Of a stretch of DNA of 64,000 nt, positions 17,131-25,682 are shown piece by piece. The notes below the pieces were generated by a model, which was given only the letters and a program-made list of their open reading frames with translations, was not told the origin of the DNA and did not search any database. The translations under genes were made by a program, and so were the position numbers. Origin of the DNA: an uncultured Lachnospiraceae bacterium (lineage in GTDB: Bacteria > Bacillota > Clostridia > Lachnospirales > Lachnospiraceae); contig CAMWXB010000003.1 in the NCBI GenBank assembly GCA_947178125.1, positions 28,919 to 92,918 of the forward strand, in the 5' to 3' direction. Every line of letters starts with the position of its first letter. Position 1 is the stretch's first letter.

Positions 17131-19839
17131 ATGTCTATTAGAATTACAGGAATGTTCTCCGGACTCGATACGGAGAGTATTATTTCCGAACTGGTATCTG
17201 CGCAGAGCGTTAAGAAAAATTCTCTTGTGAAGGCACAGACGAAACTGAGTTGGAAGCAGGATGCGTGGAAAGCGCTGAATACGAAGATTTACAGTTTCTA
17301 TACGAATACGCTCAGCGATATGCGTTATGAGGGCTCGTATTTGAAGAAAATAACGAAAGTCTCCAATACGAATGCAATCAATGTTATCACGAGCAACGAT
17401 GCAGTGGATGGCGTAAGGAGCGTCATGGTCAATCAGCTTGCGAAAGGCGCGAGACTTACAAGCGGCGCATTGAACTCAAAGAGCGGGGTCTATTTCAGCG
17501 GCGCAGCAAGCCTGGCTCAGCTGCGTAATAACAGAGGAATGGATGTATTTAAAGGTGATTACAAATCCCAATCCGTAACGGGCAGCTTCCGGGTTCTTGG
17601 CGCACAGGGTCAGTATGTAGATTTTAATGTCGATGAGAATACGACGATTGATGATATTGTCAGCATGATAAAGACCACCGGACTGAATGCAAATTATGAT
17701 CAGGAAAACCAGAGAATCTTTATCAGTTCCAAGAATACCGGTGCAGCCAATAATTTCAATCTGGTAGCGAACGATGAAGGCGGTATGAATGCGCTTGCAT
17801 TGCTGGGCTTATTGTCTAAGGACGATCTGGCGAGTGAGGAGAATCAGAAGTGGGCGGCTTATAAGGACGGAAATGGCTATACGCAGGACTTTTATGACGA
17901 TCTTTCGGCCGAAATTAAGGAACGTCTGGATGCTTTACTGGAAGCTAATGAGGAACTGAAAAAGCAGAATACCGGCTTAAAGGATACAAATGATAAATTA
18001 GCACTGGATAATGCCGACCTTTTAAACAGCCTGACAGCTGCAGATGATAGCACTTTGTCATCTTTGGGAACCTTGGCCGGTAAAACGTTTTCTCAGGCAT
18101 TGAAGAATCTGTATGGGACAGGCGGCATATATGATACAATGGCGGGAAAGAAGACTGTATATACAGAGGCGAAGACCGCATTGCAGAAGGCGCAGGAAGC
18201 CTATGATGCGATAAAGGATTCAAATGATGCAGCGCAGGCCGATAAAGATGCGGCGCAGGCTGCTCTTGCCGCGGCACAGGCTGCACATGATACTGCCAAG
18301 GCGGATTATGATACGGCACAGGGCGCATATGACGGTGCATATAATGAGATATCTGATTTTATAAATGATGTAGTCTATGGCAAATTGGAGAATAAGGAAG
18401 TACAGGGCCTTGCAAACAGTGCGCATGCAGGTACTTATTATCAGCTGCGGAATGAGAACGGCAAAGCGCTTAATGTCTATGAGAAATTAAACAGCAATAA
18501 AACAGGAACCGGCGAATTTTATGCTATGGACGGTACCCTTCTTTATAAGAAGAGGTCTGATGGCAGCTATGAGGATGGTGCGGGCAATCTGCTTTCACAG
18601 GATGCTCAGGGCAATTATCTCGATAAGGATGGTAATGTTATCGCTAACTGCACATATGTGCAGGAGCGCGGGGGCGGACTCAAGGAAGCTTATGAGGAAG
18701 CTGAGAAGAATGGAACTGTAACGAGTACAATGAAGGCACAGGTCGAAGCCATGAATAAGCTGAACAATGTATTCCTTACAGTTGGAGAGAATAAAACTGC
18801 CATTACCGCTAATGCAGATAAAATAGCAGACAATAAGGCTACAATAAAGTTCAATGAGGAATATGTTGACGATGCGGGGGGAACTGCCACATCACAACTG
18901 GCAAAGGATGTTCAGGCACAGTTCGAAGCGAAAGTAGAAGCAGCGAACAAAGCATTGGCAATTGCGGGTAATCCGAATGCCAATGCAGGTATGCTTGCAG
19001 GAACCAAAATCAATGCGCAGGATGCAGAGATTCTGATCGATGGCGCTAAATTTACATCCATGACCAATACGTTCAACGTAAACGGCCTGACACTGACGGC
19101 ACAGGAAGTAACGGATAAAGAAATTACGATGACGACTTCTACGGATGCGGACGGCATCTATAGCATGATCAAGAATTTCTTCTCGGAATACAATAAGCTG
19201 ATCAATGAGATGGATTCCTTATATAATGCGGAATCGTCGAAAGGGTATGAGCCGCTTCTTTCCGAGGAAAAAGATGCTTTGAGCGACAGTGAAGTCGAGG
19301 AGTGGGAGAAGAAAATCAAAGATTCGCTGCTCCGCAGGGACAGTACGTTAAGTTCCGTATCTTTCAGCATGGCGTCCGTTCTGCTGCAGGGTGTGGAAAT
19401 AAACGGCAAAAAGATGTACCTCTCGGATTTTGGAATCAATACGTTAGGATATTTCAAAGCAGCGGAAAATGAGAGGAATGCTTATCATATCGATGGCGAT
19501 CCGGATGATTCGGCGACGAAAGCAAACGAAGATATTTTGAAGTCGATGATTGCATCCGATCCTGAGACTGTCATGAGTTTCTTTACGAAGCTGTCTACGA
19601 ATTTATATGACGATTTGACGAAGAAAATGGCAGGTACGACGCTCAGCAGTGCGATGACGGTTTATAATGACAAGCAGATGAAAACAGAGTATGATGATTA
19701 TACCGATAAGATCAAGAAGCAGGAAGAAAAGCTGAATGCGATGATGGATAAGTGGTATGCAAAGTTTTCCGCAATGGAAGTTGCAATGTCAAAACTGGAA
19801 TCCAGGAGCAGTTCTCTTGCGAGTCTACTCGGGGGCTGA
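17131..19839 (+). CDS. fliD: flagellar filament cap protein FliD, enlarged (902 aa)
   Basis: N-terminus ITGMFSGLDTESIISELVSAQS...KLSWKQDAWKALNTKIYSF and C-terminus KQEEKLNAMMDKWYAKFSAMEVAMSKLESRSSSLASLLG are the conserved FliD termini. Confidence 0.85.
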   Translation: MSIRITGMFSGLDTESIISELVSAQSVKKNSLVKAQTKLSWKQDAWKALNTKIYSFYTNTLSDMRYEGSYLKKITKVSNTNAINVITSNDAVDGVRSVMVNQLAKGARLTSGALNSKSGVYFSGAASLAQLRNNRGMDVFKGDYKSQSVTGSFRVLGAQGQYVDFNVDENTTIDDIVSMIKTTGLNANYDQENQRIFISSKNTGAANNFNLVANDEGGMNALALLGLLSKDDLASEENQKWAAYKDGNGYTQDFYDDLSAEIKERLDALLEANEELKKQNTGLKDTNDKLALDNADLLNSLTAADDSTLSSLGTLAGKTFSQALKNLYGTGGIYDTMAGKKTVYTEAKTALQKAQEAYDAIKDSNDAAQADKDAAQAALAAAQAAHDTAKADYDTAQGAYDGAYNEISDFINDVVYGKLENKEVQGLANSAHAGTYYQLRNENGKALNVYEKLNSNKTGTGEFYAMDGTLLYKKRSDGSYEDGAGNLLSQDAQGNYLDKDGNVIANCTYVQERGGGLKEAYEEAEKNGTVTSTMKAQVEAMNKLNNVFLTVGENKTAITANADKIADNKATIKFNEEYVDDAGGTATSQLAKDVQAQFEAKVEAANKALAIAGNPNANAGMLAGTKINAQDAEILIDGAKFTSMTNTFNVNGLTLTAQEVTDKEITMTTSTDADGIYSMIKNFFSEYNKLINEMDSLYNAESSKGYEPLLSEEKDALSDSEVEEWEKKIKDSLLRRDSTLSSVSFSMASVLLQGVEINGKKMYLSDFGINTLGYFKAAENERNAYHIDGDPDDSATKANEDILKSMIASDPETVMSFFTKLSTNLYDDLTKKMAGTTLSSAMTVYNDKQMKTEYDDYTDKIKKQEEKLNAMMDKWYAKFSAMEVAMSKLESRSSSLASLLGG

Positions 19840-19882
19840 TAACTGACAGCGGTGTGTGTTAAGATCAAGGAGGAGAATGACA

Positions 19883-20260
19883 ATGCCAGCACGCAATCCC
19901 TTTGCTGAATATACAAATAATAAGATCATGACCGCTTCACCGGCGGAAATAACGCTTATGCTTTATGAAGGGGCGATTAAGTTCTGTAATATTGCGATCA
20001 TAGCAATTGAAAATGGCGAAATTGAGAAGGCCCATGTCAATATCAAGAAGACGCAGCGTATCATAGAAGAGTTTCGGAATACGCTGGACCGTCAATACAA
20101 AGTCGCGGAGGACTTTGACAGGATTTATGTGTATCTTCTCCAGCGGCTGTTGGAGGCCAATATCAAAAAAGATAAGGAAATTTTAGAAGAGGTCAATATG
20201 CACCTGAGGAGTGTCAGAGATACATGGAAAGAGGTCATGAGACGCAACAGGCAGGCGTAG
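19883..20260 (+). CDS. fliS: flagellar export chaperone FliS
   Basis: YTNNKIMTASPAEITLMLYEGAIKF...KAHVNIKKTQRIIEEFRNTLD...LEANIKKD is the FliS signature. An AAGGAGGAG RBS lies 9 nt before the ATG at 19883; the track start at 19856 lacks an RBS. Confidence 0.85.
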   Translation: MPARNPFAEYTNNKIMTASPAEITLMLYEGAIKFCNIAIIAIENGEIEKAHVNIKKTQRIIEEFRNTLDRQYKVAEDFDRIYVYLLQRLLEANIKKDKEILEEVNMHLRSVRDTWKEVMRRNRQA

Positions 20261-20271
20261 AGAGGGCAGGC

Positions 20272-20748
20272 ATGAGTCAGAATATTGCACAAATATTATT
20301 GCAGGGTCTTGAGAAAAAGAACCAGATACTCGATGATATCATCAAAGAAAATGAGCAGCAGGCGGAAATCCTGAAGCAGGAAGTTCTCGATATGGATGCG
20401 CTGGATGCTTCTTTGGACAGAATCGGCGCTTATACGGAGATGCTTGAGAAGCTCGATGACGGATTTGAAGCATTGTACGACAGGGTTCGTACGGAAATCA
20501 TGACGAATAAGTCCGCTTATCAGACGGAAATCGTACAGATGCAGAATCATATCCAGCAGATAACCGACAAGGTGGTAAAAATCAATACCGCCAGAATGCG
20601 CAATCAGATGCGGGCAGACAGCCAGTTCAAGAAGCAGGCTCAGGAAATCAAGAATGCGATGTCTAAAACAAGGGCGACCAAAAACTATTATAACAGCATG
20701 AACAAGCTCAATTATGTATCACCGCAGTTTTATGACAGCAAAAAGTAG
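20272..20748 (+). CDS. hypothetical helical protein in the FliT/FlgN-like position downstream of fliS
   Basis: The 158-aa coiled-coil-like product (LLQGLEKKNQILDDIIKENEQQAEILKQEVLDMDALD) has no recognisable catalytic motif. The function is inferred from position only. Confidence 0.35.
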   Translation: MSQNIAQILLQGLEKKNQILDDIIKENEQQAEILKQEVLDMDALDASLDRIGAYTEMLEKLDDGFEALYDRVRTEIMTNKSAYQTEIVQMQNHIQQITDKVVKINTARMRNQMRADSQFKKQAQEIKNAMSKTRATKNYYNSMNKLNYVSPQFYDSKK

Positions 20749-20794
20749 TACTTACGGGTAAATTAAAAATTTTAAAAAAAATTCAAATTTACCC

Positions 20795-20821
20795 TAAAGT
20801 AAATCGGAGAAACACCGATAT
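20795..20821 (+). promoter_or_regulatory. sigma-28-type promoter of the flagellin gene
   Basis: TAAAGTAA-N11-ACCGATAT, about 225 nt upstream of the fliC ATG. Confidence 0.65.
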
Positions 20822-20896
20822 ATATTACAAGTAAAGCAAGCTAATTACTTACTTGACCAAAAGTTACGAAGTAGTAAAAACAGCTTTGTAACAACA

Positions 20897-20950
20897 GTTA
20901 CATCAGTAGCAACAGTTACTTCTGTAACAAGAGTTGCTTCCGTAACTGAG
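20897..20950 (+). repeat. three imperfect tandem 18-nt repeats in the fliC 5' leader
   Basis: The units are gttacatcagtagcaaca / gttacttctgtaacaaga / gttgcttccgtaactgag (14/18 and 12/18 identities), with a degenerate fourth copy at 20879-20896. Alternating GTTAC and GTAAC motifs can pair with each other. Confidence 0.55.
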
Positions 20951-21006
20951 TAATGGTCCGATGGCAGCGTACGAGCCGGAGAACCATTACGAACCCAAAA
21001 ACAATG

Positions 21007-21038
21007 CGGCATGGATGCCGTATAAAATTCAAGGAGGA
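21007..21038 (+). promoter_or_regulatory. putative CsrA binding sites: a GGA-loop hairpin plus a GGA-containing Shine-Dalgarno
   Basis: cggca[tgga]tgccg has a 5-bp stem with GGA in the loop, and CAUGGAUG resembles the CsrA consensus. It lies 10 nt upstream of the SD AAGGAGGA (21031-21038). FliW and CsrA are encoded 8.5 kb upstream. Confidence 0.5.
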
Positions 21039-21045
21039 ATATAAT

Positions 21046-22110
21046 ATGGTAGTACAACACAACATTACAGCGATGAACTCTAACAGAATGCTTGGTTTAA
21101 CAACAAGCGCTCAGGCAAAATCAACTGAGAGACTGTCTTCCGGTTATAAGATTAACCGTGCAGCAGATGATGCAGCAGGTCTTGCTATTTCCGAGAAAAT
21201 GAGACGTCAGATCAGAGGTCTTACACAGGCTTCTTCAAACGCTCAGGACGGTATTTCTACTGTACAGACAGCAGAAGGTGCATTGGCAGAAGTTCAGGAT
21301 ATGTTACAGAGAATGAACGAACTGGCTGTTAAAGGTGAGAACGGTACTCTTACAACATCAGACCGTGCATCCATCCAGTCTGAAATCGGACAGTTGATGA
21401 GTGAAATCGACCGTGTACAGAGCACAACGACCTTCAACGAGATGAACCTGTTAGACGGTTCCTTCATCAAAGGCCTTCAGGTTGGTGCAGAAGCTGGTCA
21501 GCACATCAACATCAGCATCGCTAACATGAGTATGGCAGGTCTTGCTCACAATATCGACAACAAGCTGTATACGAAGGTTACATTTAGAAATCTGACAGCT
21601 GGTCAGGTTAGTGGCACGATGTCAACTTACAAGCAGAGCCAGTTGACACAGTCTAAAGCAAATGTAATCATCGGCTCGATGACACAGGGAACTGTAAATA
21701 CATGGTCTACAATCAATACTACGACTGGTACTTACAACAGCGCTACACTTACATCCAATATGGCTACAAAGATCATGAATACATTCATGAGACTGGATGC
21801 TGGTAATGCGAAATCTGTTGCTACAGCTCAGGATTTCAACTCCCTGAACGCATTCATCAAGGGTGCATTGTCCTTAGTATCTCAGCAGAGATCTGATCTT
21901 GGTGCTATCCAGAACAGACTTGAGCATACAATCAACAACTTGGATAACATCGTTGAGAATACAACATCTGCTGAATCTGCTATCCGTGATACAGATATCG
22001 CTACTGAAATGGTTAAATACTCCAACAACAGTATCCTTCAGCAGGCTGGTACATCAATGTTGTCACAGGCAAATCAGGGCAATCAGTTGGCACTGTCCTT
22101 ACTTGGCTAA
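21046..22110 (+). CDS. fliC: flagellin
   Basis: MVVQHNITAMNSNRMLGLTTSAQAKSTERLSSGYKINRAADDAAGLAISEKMRRQIRGL... and the C-terminus RSDLGAIQNRLEHTINNLDN...TEMVKYSNNSILQQAGTSMLSQANQ. The AAGGAGGA RBS fixes the start at 21046, not the track start at 20953. Confidence 0.95.
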   Translation: MVVQHNITAMNSNRMLGLTTSAQAKSTERLSSGYKINRAADDAAGLAISEKMRRQIRGLTQASSNAQDGISTVQTAEGALAEVQDMLQRMNELAVKGENGTLTTSDRASIQSEIGQLMSEIDRVQSTTTFNEMNLLDGSFIKGLQVGAEAGQHINISIANMSMAGLAHNIDNKLYTKVTFRNLTAGQVSGTMSTYKQSQLTQSKANVIIGSMTQGTVNTWSTINTTTGTYNSATLTSNMATKIMNTFMRLDAGNAKSVATAQDFNSLNAFIKGALSLVSQQRSDLGAIQNRLEHTINNLDNIVENTTSAESAIRDTDIATEMVKYSNNSILQQAGTSMLSQANQGNQLALSLLG

Positions 22111-22148
22111 TTGCTTGAGTATTAACGAACATTGCATAATGAACTACC

Positions 22149-22181
22149 AATCCCCGCTCAATATGAGCGGGGATTTTGCTA
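22149..22181 (+). terminator. rho-independent terminator of fliC
   Basis: aatccccgctca-ata-tgagcggggatt has a 12-bp GC-rich stem followed by a T-rich run (ttgctattcctttttt). Confidence 0.8.
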
Positions 22182-22230
22182 TTCCTTTTTTGATGGCGCT
22201 TTTCTGAATCGATAAAAGAGGGATTTTACA

Positions 22231-22317
22231 ATCTATTACCATGCCTTTCTCTCAACCTGCGATATTTGAGCCGCAGGCACAAATTCGCGGTTGAAAAATC
22301 TCTGATTTTTCAACCTA
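22231..22317 (-). repeat. dispersed two-hairpin repeat, copy A
   Basis: The reverse complement reads TAGGTTGAAAAATCAGAGATTTTTCAACCGCGAATTTGTGCCTGCGGCTCAAATATCGCAGGTTGAGAGAAAGGCATGGTAATAGAT. Its leading TAG is the stop codon of gene 22315-23364. Confidence 0.85.
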
Positions 22318-23364
22318 ATATTCCATCCGCTGCAAAGCTTCCAATGCGGGCTCGAACTCCCCACACTTTTGATAGTGTTGTCTTGCAATATCTTTCTGCT
22401 GAAAAGACTCGTAAATATAGCCTATATAATAAGAGATAACTTTTGATTCTACGGAATCCCGCGACGGGGCGGAGAGGGCTTTGACGAACTCCGGCAATGC
22501 TTTCAGGAGTTGATTTCGTTGAAGATACATAACACCGATCATACATAAGTAATCGGCATTATTGCAGTAATACTCATAGAAGGATAACAAGGAGGATGCC
22601 TCCTCGGCTTTTCCGGCATCCAACAGGATATTGCCGTAATTGCATACCAGTATGCGGGTGTAATCCTCTTCCGGCGCCGGATTGCGTTCCATTGCCATTT
22701 GAAAGTATTCAAGAGCATGTTCACGTTCCCGCATACAAAGGTAACTCTGTGCCATTTGAAAATAGTAATATGGTTCATCGGGATTTTTTTCAATTTCCGG
22801 AATCAAAAGATTGATATCCCGCATCGATTTTTCATATAATTTGTCCGCGGAACCGATATAACCCACATGGTCGGCGACGATTGGAAGAGTATAGCTTGTG
22901 GTAGACAGATTGGCGGTCGGGACCAGGATTTCATGGATGGGCCGTTCGTAATGATAATATTTCCGGTTGAAAAGGCGGTCAATGATGGTCGTCTGACAAT
23001 GTCTTTCACCGTCAGTTTCAAAATAGTCTAGGCGTTTAATCAGGCCGACGCTTTTAGGGTGTTCGCTCATGAGCTGCTGTATCTGGTCGAAATCGAATTC
23101 TACAAGAAATTCATCGGTATCCAGAACAAGGATCATATTGTGAGAAGCGCGGCTGATGGAGAAATTTCTGGCGGCGCTGAAATCATTTATCCATTCAAAA
23201 TCAAAAACTTTATCGGTATATTTGCGGGCGATTTCTTTTGAGTTATCGCTGGAGCCGGTGTCCACAACGACGATTTCAAAAGGATAGGGACTGAGCGATT
23301 TCAGACATTTATCCAGATTTTCGGCTTCATTTTTGGTAATGATACATACGGAAATGGGAATCAT
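22315..23364 (-). CDS. GT2 glycosyltransferase with C-terminal TPR repeats, paralog 1
   Basis: MIPISVCIITKNEAENLDKCLKSL...EIVVVDTGSSDNSKEIA...DFSAARNFS...VLDTDEF (GT-A), then TPR-like YYFQMAQSYLCMREREHALEYFQMAMERNP. Confidence 0.75.
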   Translation of the reverse strand: MIPISVCIITKNEAENLDKCLKSLSPYPFEIVVVDTGSSDNSKEIARKYTDKVFDFEWINDFSAARNFSISRASHNMILVLDTDEFLVEFDFDQIQQLMSEHPKSVGLIKRLDYFETDGERHCQTTIIDRLFNRKYYHYERPIHEILVPTANLSTTSYTLPIVADHVGYIGSADKLYEKSMRDINLLIPEIEKNPDEPYYYFQMAQSYLCMREREHALEYFQMAMERNPAPEEDYTRILVCNYGNILLDAGKAEEASSLLSFYEYYCNNADYLCMIGVMYLQRNQLLKALPEFVKALSAPSRDSVESKVISYYIGYIYESFQQKDIARQHYQKCGEFEPALEALQRMEY

Positions 23365-23418
23365 GATAGAGTTCTCCTTTTTGTTTCACTATTTAAGCTT
23401 GCTTGACCAGGCTGTAGT

Positions 23419-24486
23419 TCAACTGTTCAGGCTGCGTAGAATTTGCAGTCGTTTGACGGCGGGAGCAAAATTTCCACATTGCTGATAACAGGATATCGCG
23501 GCGGGAATATCGCCGAGAATCTCACAGATTTCTCCGGTCTGATAAACGGGCAGGAAACTGTTCGCGCCTTCCAGCCGGCACAGGGGTAGTCCGATTGCCT
23601 TTTGGTACTGTTCAAAGGCCTGTTCATACATTTGGTTCTCTTTGTAGATATTGCCCATGAGGTAGACAAAGTCTGCCAGGGGAGAAAAAGCGTCGTAAAT
23701 GCTTTCAAAACCGAGTGCAGTTTCCTGTTTTCCGGTGCGCAGCAGCGCATTCCCATAGGAAACGACCATTGCCTGAACATAGGCCAGTTCCGGGTTTAAA
23801 TCAAAGGAGAGGCCTTTGCCGTAATAGTCACAGGCAGTCGCATAGTCTTCGATAATTTCACAACTTTTCCCCAATTGATAATAGAGATAAGGATTTTCGG
23901 GTTCTCCTTCGAGCTGTTTTTTTAACAGGGTGAAGTTTCTGGTATACTTTGCGACGCGTTCTTCTTCCGTCATATCATATCCGCTATGTAGAATCGTGGT
24001 CTGCAGCAGATAAGCGGTCATTTCAGTTCCCCGCTTGGGTGTGAGCTGTTCGTGAATCATACCGGTATAATGATAGAGCCGCCGATCAAAAAACCGTTCT
24101 GTATTGTCTGTATTATTCAGAACGGGAATGCCGTTTTCCGTGACGATGTTTTCTCTGGAAACGGAACCGACACTGCTCGATAAATGTTTACGAAAATAGT
24201 TCAGTTCTTCCACATCGATTTTTTTGACCCATTCGTCGCAGTCGAGCATAAAAATCCAGTTATTTGATGCTGCGCGCAGCGAAAAGTTTCTTGCTGCGCT
24301 GAAATCGTCGCACCATACAAAGTCAAGTACCTGGTCGGCGTATTTGCCTGCGATTTCCTTTGTTCGGTCGGTGGAACCGGTATCTACAACGACGATCTCG
24401 AAACCATAGGGTTTGATGGAAGACAGGCACCTTTCAATTCTTTTTTCTTCGTTCTTTGCAATAATACATACGGAGATAGGGTGCAT
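23419..24486 (-). CDS. GT2-TPR glycosyltransferase, paralog 2
   Basis: MHPISVCIIAKNEEKRIERCLSSIKPYGFEIVVVDTGSTDRTKEIA...DFSAARNFS...MLDCDEW, with a TPR-like C-terminal half. Confidence 0.75.
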   Translation of the reverse strand: MHPISVCIIAKNEEKRIERCLSSIKPYGFEIVVVDTGSTDRTKEIAGKYADQVLDFVWCDDFSAARNFSLRAASNNWIFMLDCDEWVKKIDVEELNYFRKHLSSSVGSVSRENIVTENGIPVLNNTDNTERFFDRRLYHYTGMIHEQLTPKRGTEMTAYLLQTTILHSGYDMTEEERVAKYTRNFTLLKKQLEGEPENPYLYYQLGKSCEIIEDYATACDYYGKGLSFDLNPELAYVQAMVVSYGNALLRTGKQETALGFESIYDAFSPLADFVYLMGNIYKENQMYEQAFEQYQKAIGLPLCRLEGANSFLPVYQTGEICEILGDIPAAISCYQQCGNFAPAVKRLQILRSLNS

Positions 24487-24538
24487 TTTAAAGAAAATCC
24501 TTTCTGTATCTGATGATAAACGGTGTCGGAGGCGTAAG

Positions 24539-25627
24539 TCATGTCTGAGGTTTCGTTTTGATGCCTAAAAGATTCAGCCGCTCGATCGCTAACGGATAGC
24601 CATATGCAGCAGAACGCTGATAAAAGGAAACTGCAGCAGATATGTCTCCCAGCATTTCATTGATCAGACCGATATTATAATAAGGAAGGAAAGTGCTTAC
24701 ACCCTCTTCCCGGGCATTGGAGCATTGAATCGCCTTTACATATTCCACCATAGCCTTCATAGGCTGGTCAAGCTGCAGATAAGCGGCGCCGAGTGAGCAG
24801 AGAAAGCCGGCATCATTGGAGAATTCATCGTATCGTTTGGTAAAGAATGCAACCGCTTCTTCGGCACGTCCGGTGACATTCATAGAGTGCAGATAAGACT
24901 GCGCGATTACCGGGAGCCAGGGCTGACGCGGGTCGATTGGCAATTCAAAGGCCTTTTTGTAATAAATGTAGGCATTCTCATAATCTGCTATGGAATTGTA
25001 GGACTGGCCTATCTGGAAATAAAAATACGGATCGTTCGGATTTTTTTCAATTTCCTTCAGGAGCAGCGTATTATTCCGTTCCACTTTCTGCAGCATACTT
25101 TCCATACCGCCGCAGTAGCCGACATGATCTACCGTGAGCGGAATATCATAACGCTCATAAATGGTACCGCCGGTTTGGGAATTTGTGACCTGTTCGTGAA
25201 TGGAGAGGGTATAGTGATAATACCGCTTATGAAAGAGCCGTTCTACGCGGTCCGGATAAGATACCTGCATACCGCCACTATTGTAGTAGCTGTGGCGCAG
25301 CAGCATACCGACACCGCGGGGATGCTCCTCGATTGCCTGGCAAATGGCATCCAGATCGATTTCGGTCAGAAATTCATCGCAGTCTAAAACCAGTACATAG
25401 TTGTGCGATGCTTTTTTCAGGGAAAAATTCCTGGCGGCGCTGAAATCGTTGACCCATTCAAAGTCGTAAACAAGGTCAGTGTATTTTCGGGCAATCTCCT
25501 TTGTGCGGTCGGTGGAGCCGGTATCTACAAAAATAATTTCAAAGTTGTAGGGCACCAGAGGAGCCAGACATTTTTCAATATTCTTTTCTTCATTTTTGGC
25601 AATGATACAGACTGATATAGGAATCAT
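24539..25627 (-). CDS. GT2-TPR glycosyltransferase, paralog 3
   Basis: MIPISVCIIAKNEEKNIEKCLAPLVPYNFEIIFVDTGSTDRTKEIA...DFSAARNFS...VLDCDEF, with a TPR-like C-terminal half. Confidence 0.75.
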   Translation of the reverse strand: MIPISVCIIAKNEEKNIEKCLAPLVPYNFEIIFVDTGSTDRTKEIARKYTDLVYDFEWVNDFSAARNFSLKKASHNYVLVLDCDEFLTEIDLDAICQAIEEHPRGVGMLLRHSYYNSGGMQVSYPDRVERLFHKRYYHYTLSIHEQVTNSQTGGTIYERYDIPLTVDHVGYCGGMESMLQKVERNNTLLLKEIEKNPNDPYFYFQIGQSYNSIADYENAYIYYKKAFELPIDPRQPWLPVIAQSYLHSMNVTGRAEEAVAFFTKRYDEFSNDAGFLCSLGAAYLQLDQPMKAMVEYVKAIQCSNAREEGVSTFLPYYNIGLINEMLGDISAAVSFYQRSAAYGYPLAIERLNLLGIKTKPQT

Positions 25628-25682
25628 AATAAGTTCTCCTTCTATATTATTTGTTGGTAATATTATCTGTTTAGTACAGTTC

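Noticed and set aside
20756-20794. The hairpin gggtaaatt...aatttaccc between the fliS-operon end and the fliC promoter, as a possible terminator
   Set aside because: It has a 9-bp AT-rich stem, a loop of about 21 nt and no trailing T-tract, so it is not convincing as an intrinsic terminator.
20845-21060. ORF 20845-21060(-), with a VT-rich translation, and the N-terminal extension 20953-21045 of the flagellin ORF
   Set aside because: The periodic VT translation is an artefact of the 18-nt tandem repeats in the fliC leader. The flagellin family N-terminus (MVVQHN...) and its SD fix the start at 21046.
22289-22315. The first hairpin of the dispersed repeat (TTGAAAAATC-aga-GATTTTTCAA) as a rho-independent terminator
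   Set aside because: The stem is almost pure A/T and is followed by CGCG rather than a U-tract. One copy sits inside a translated CDS.
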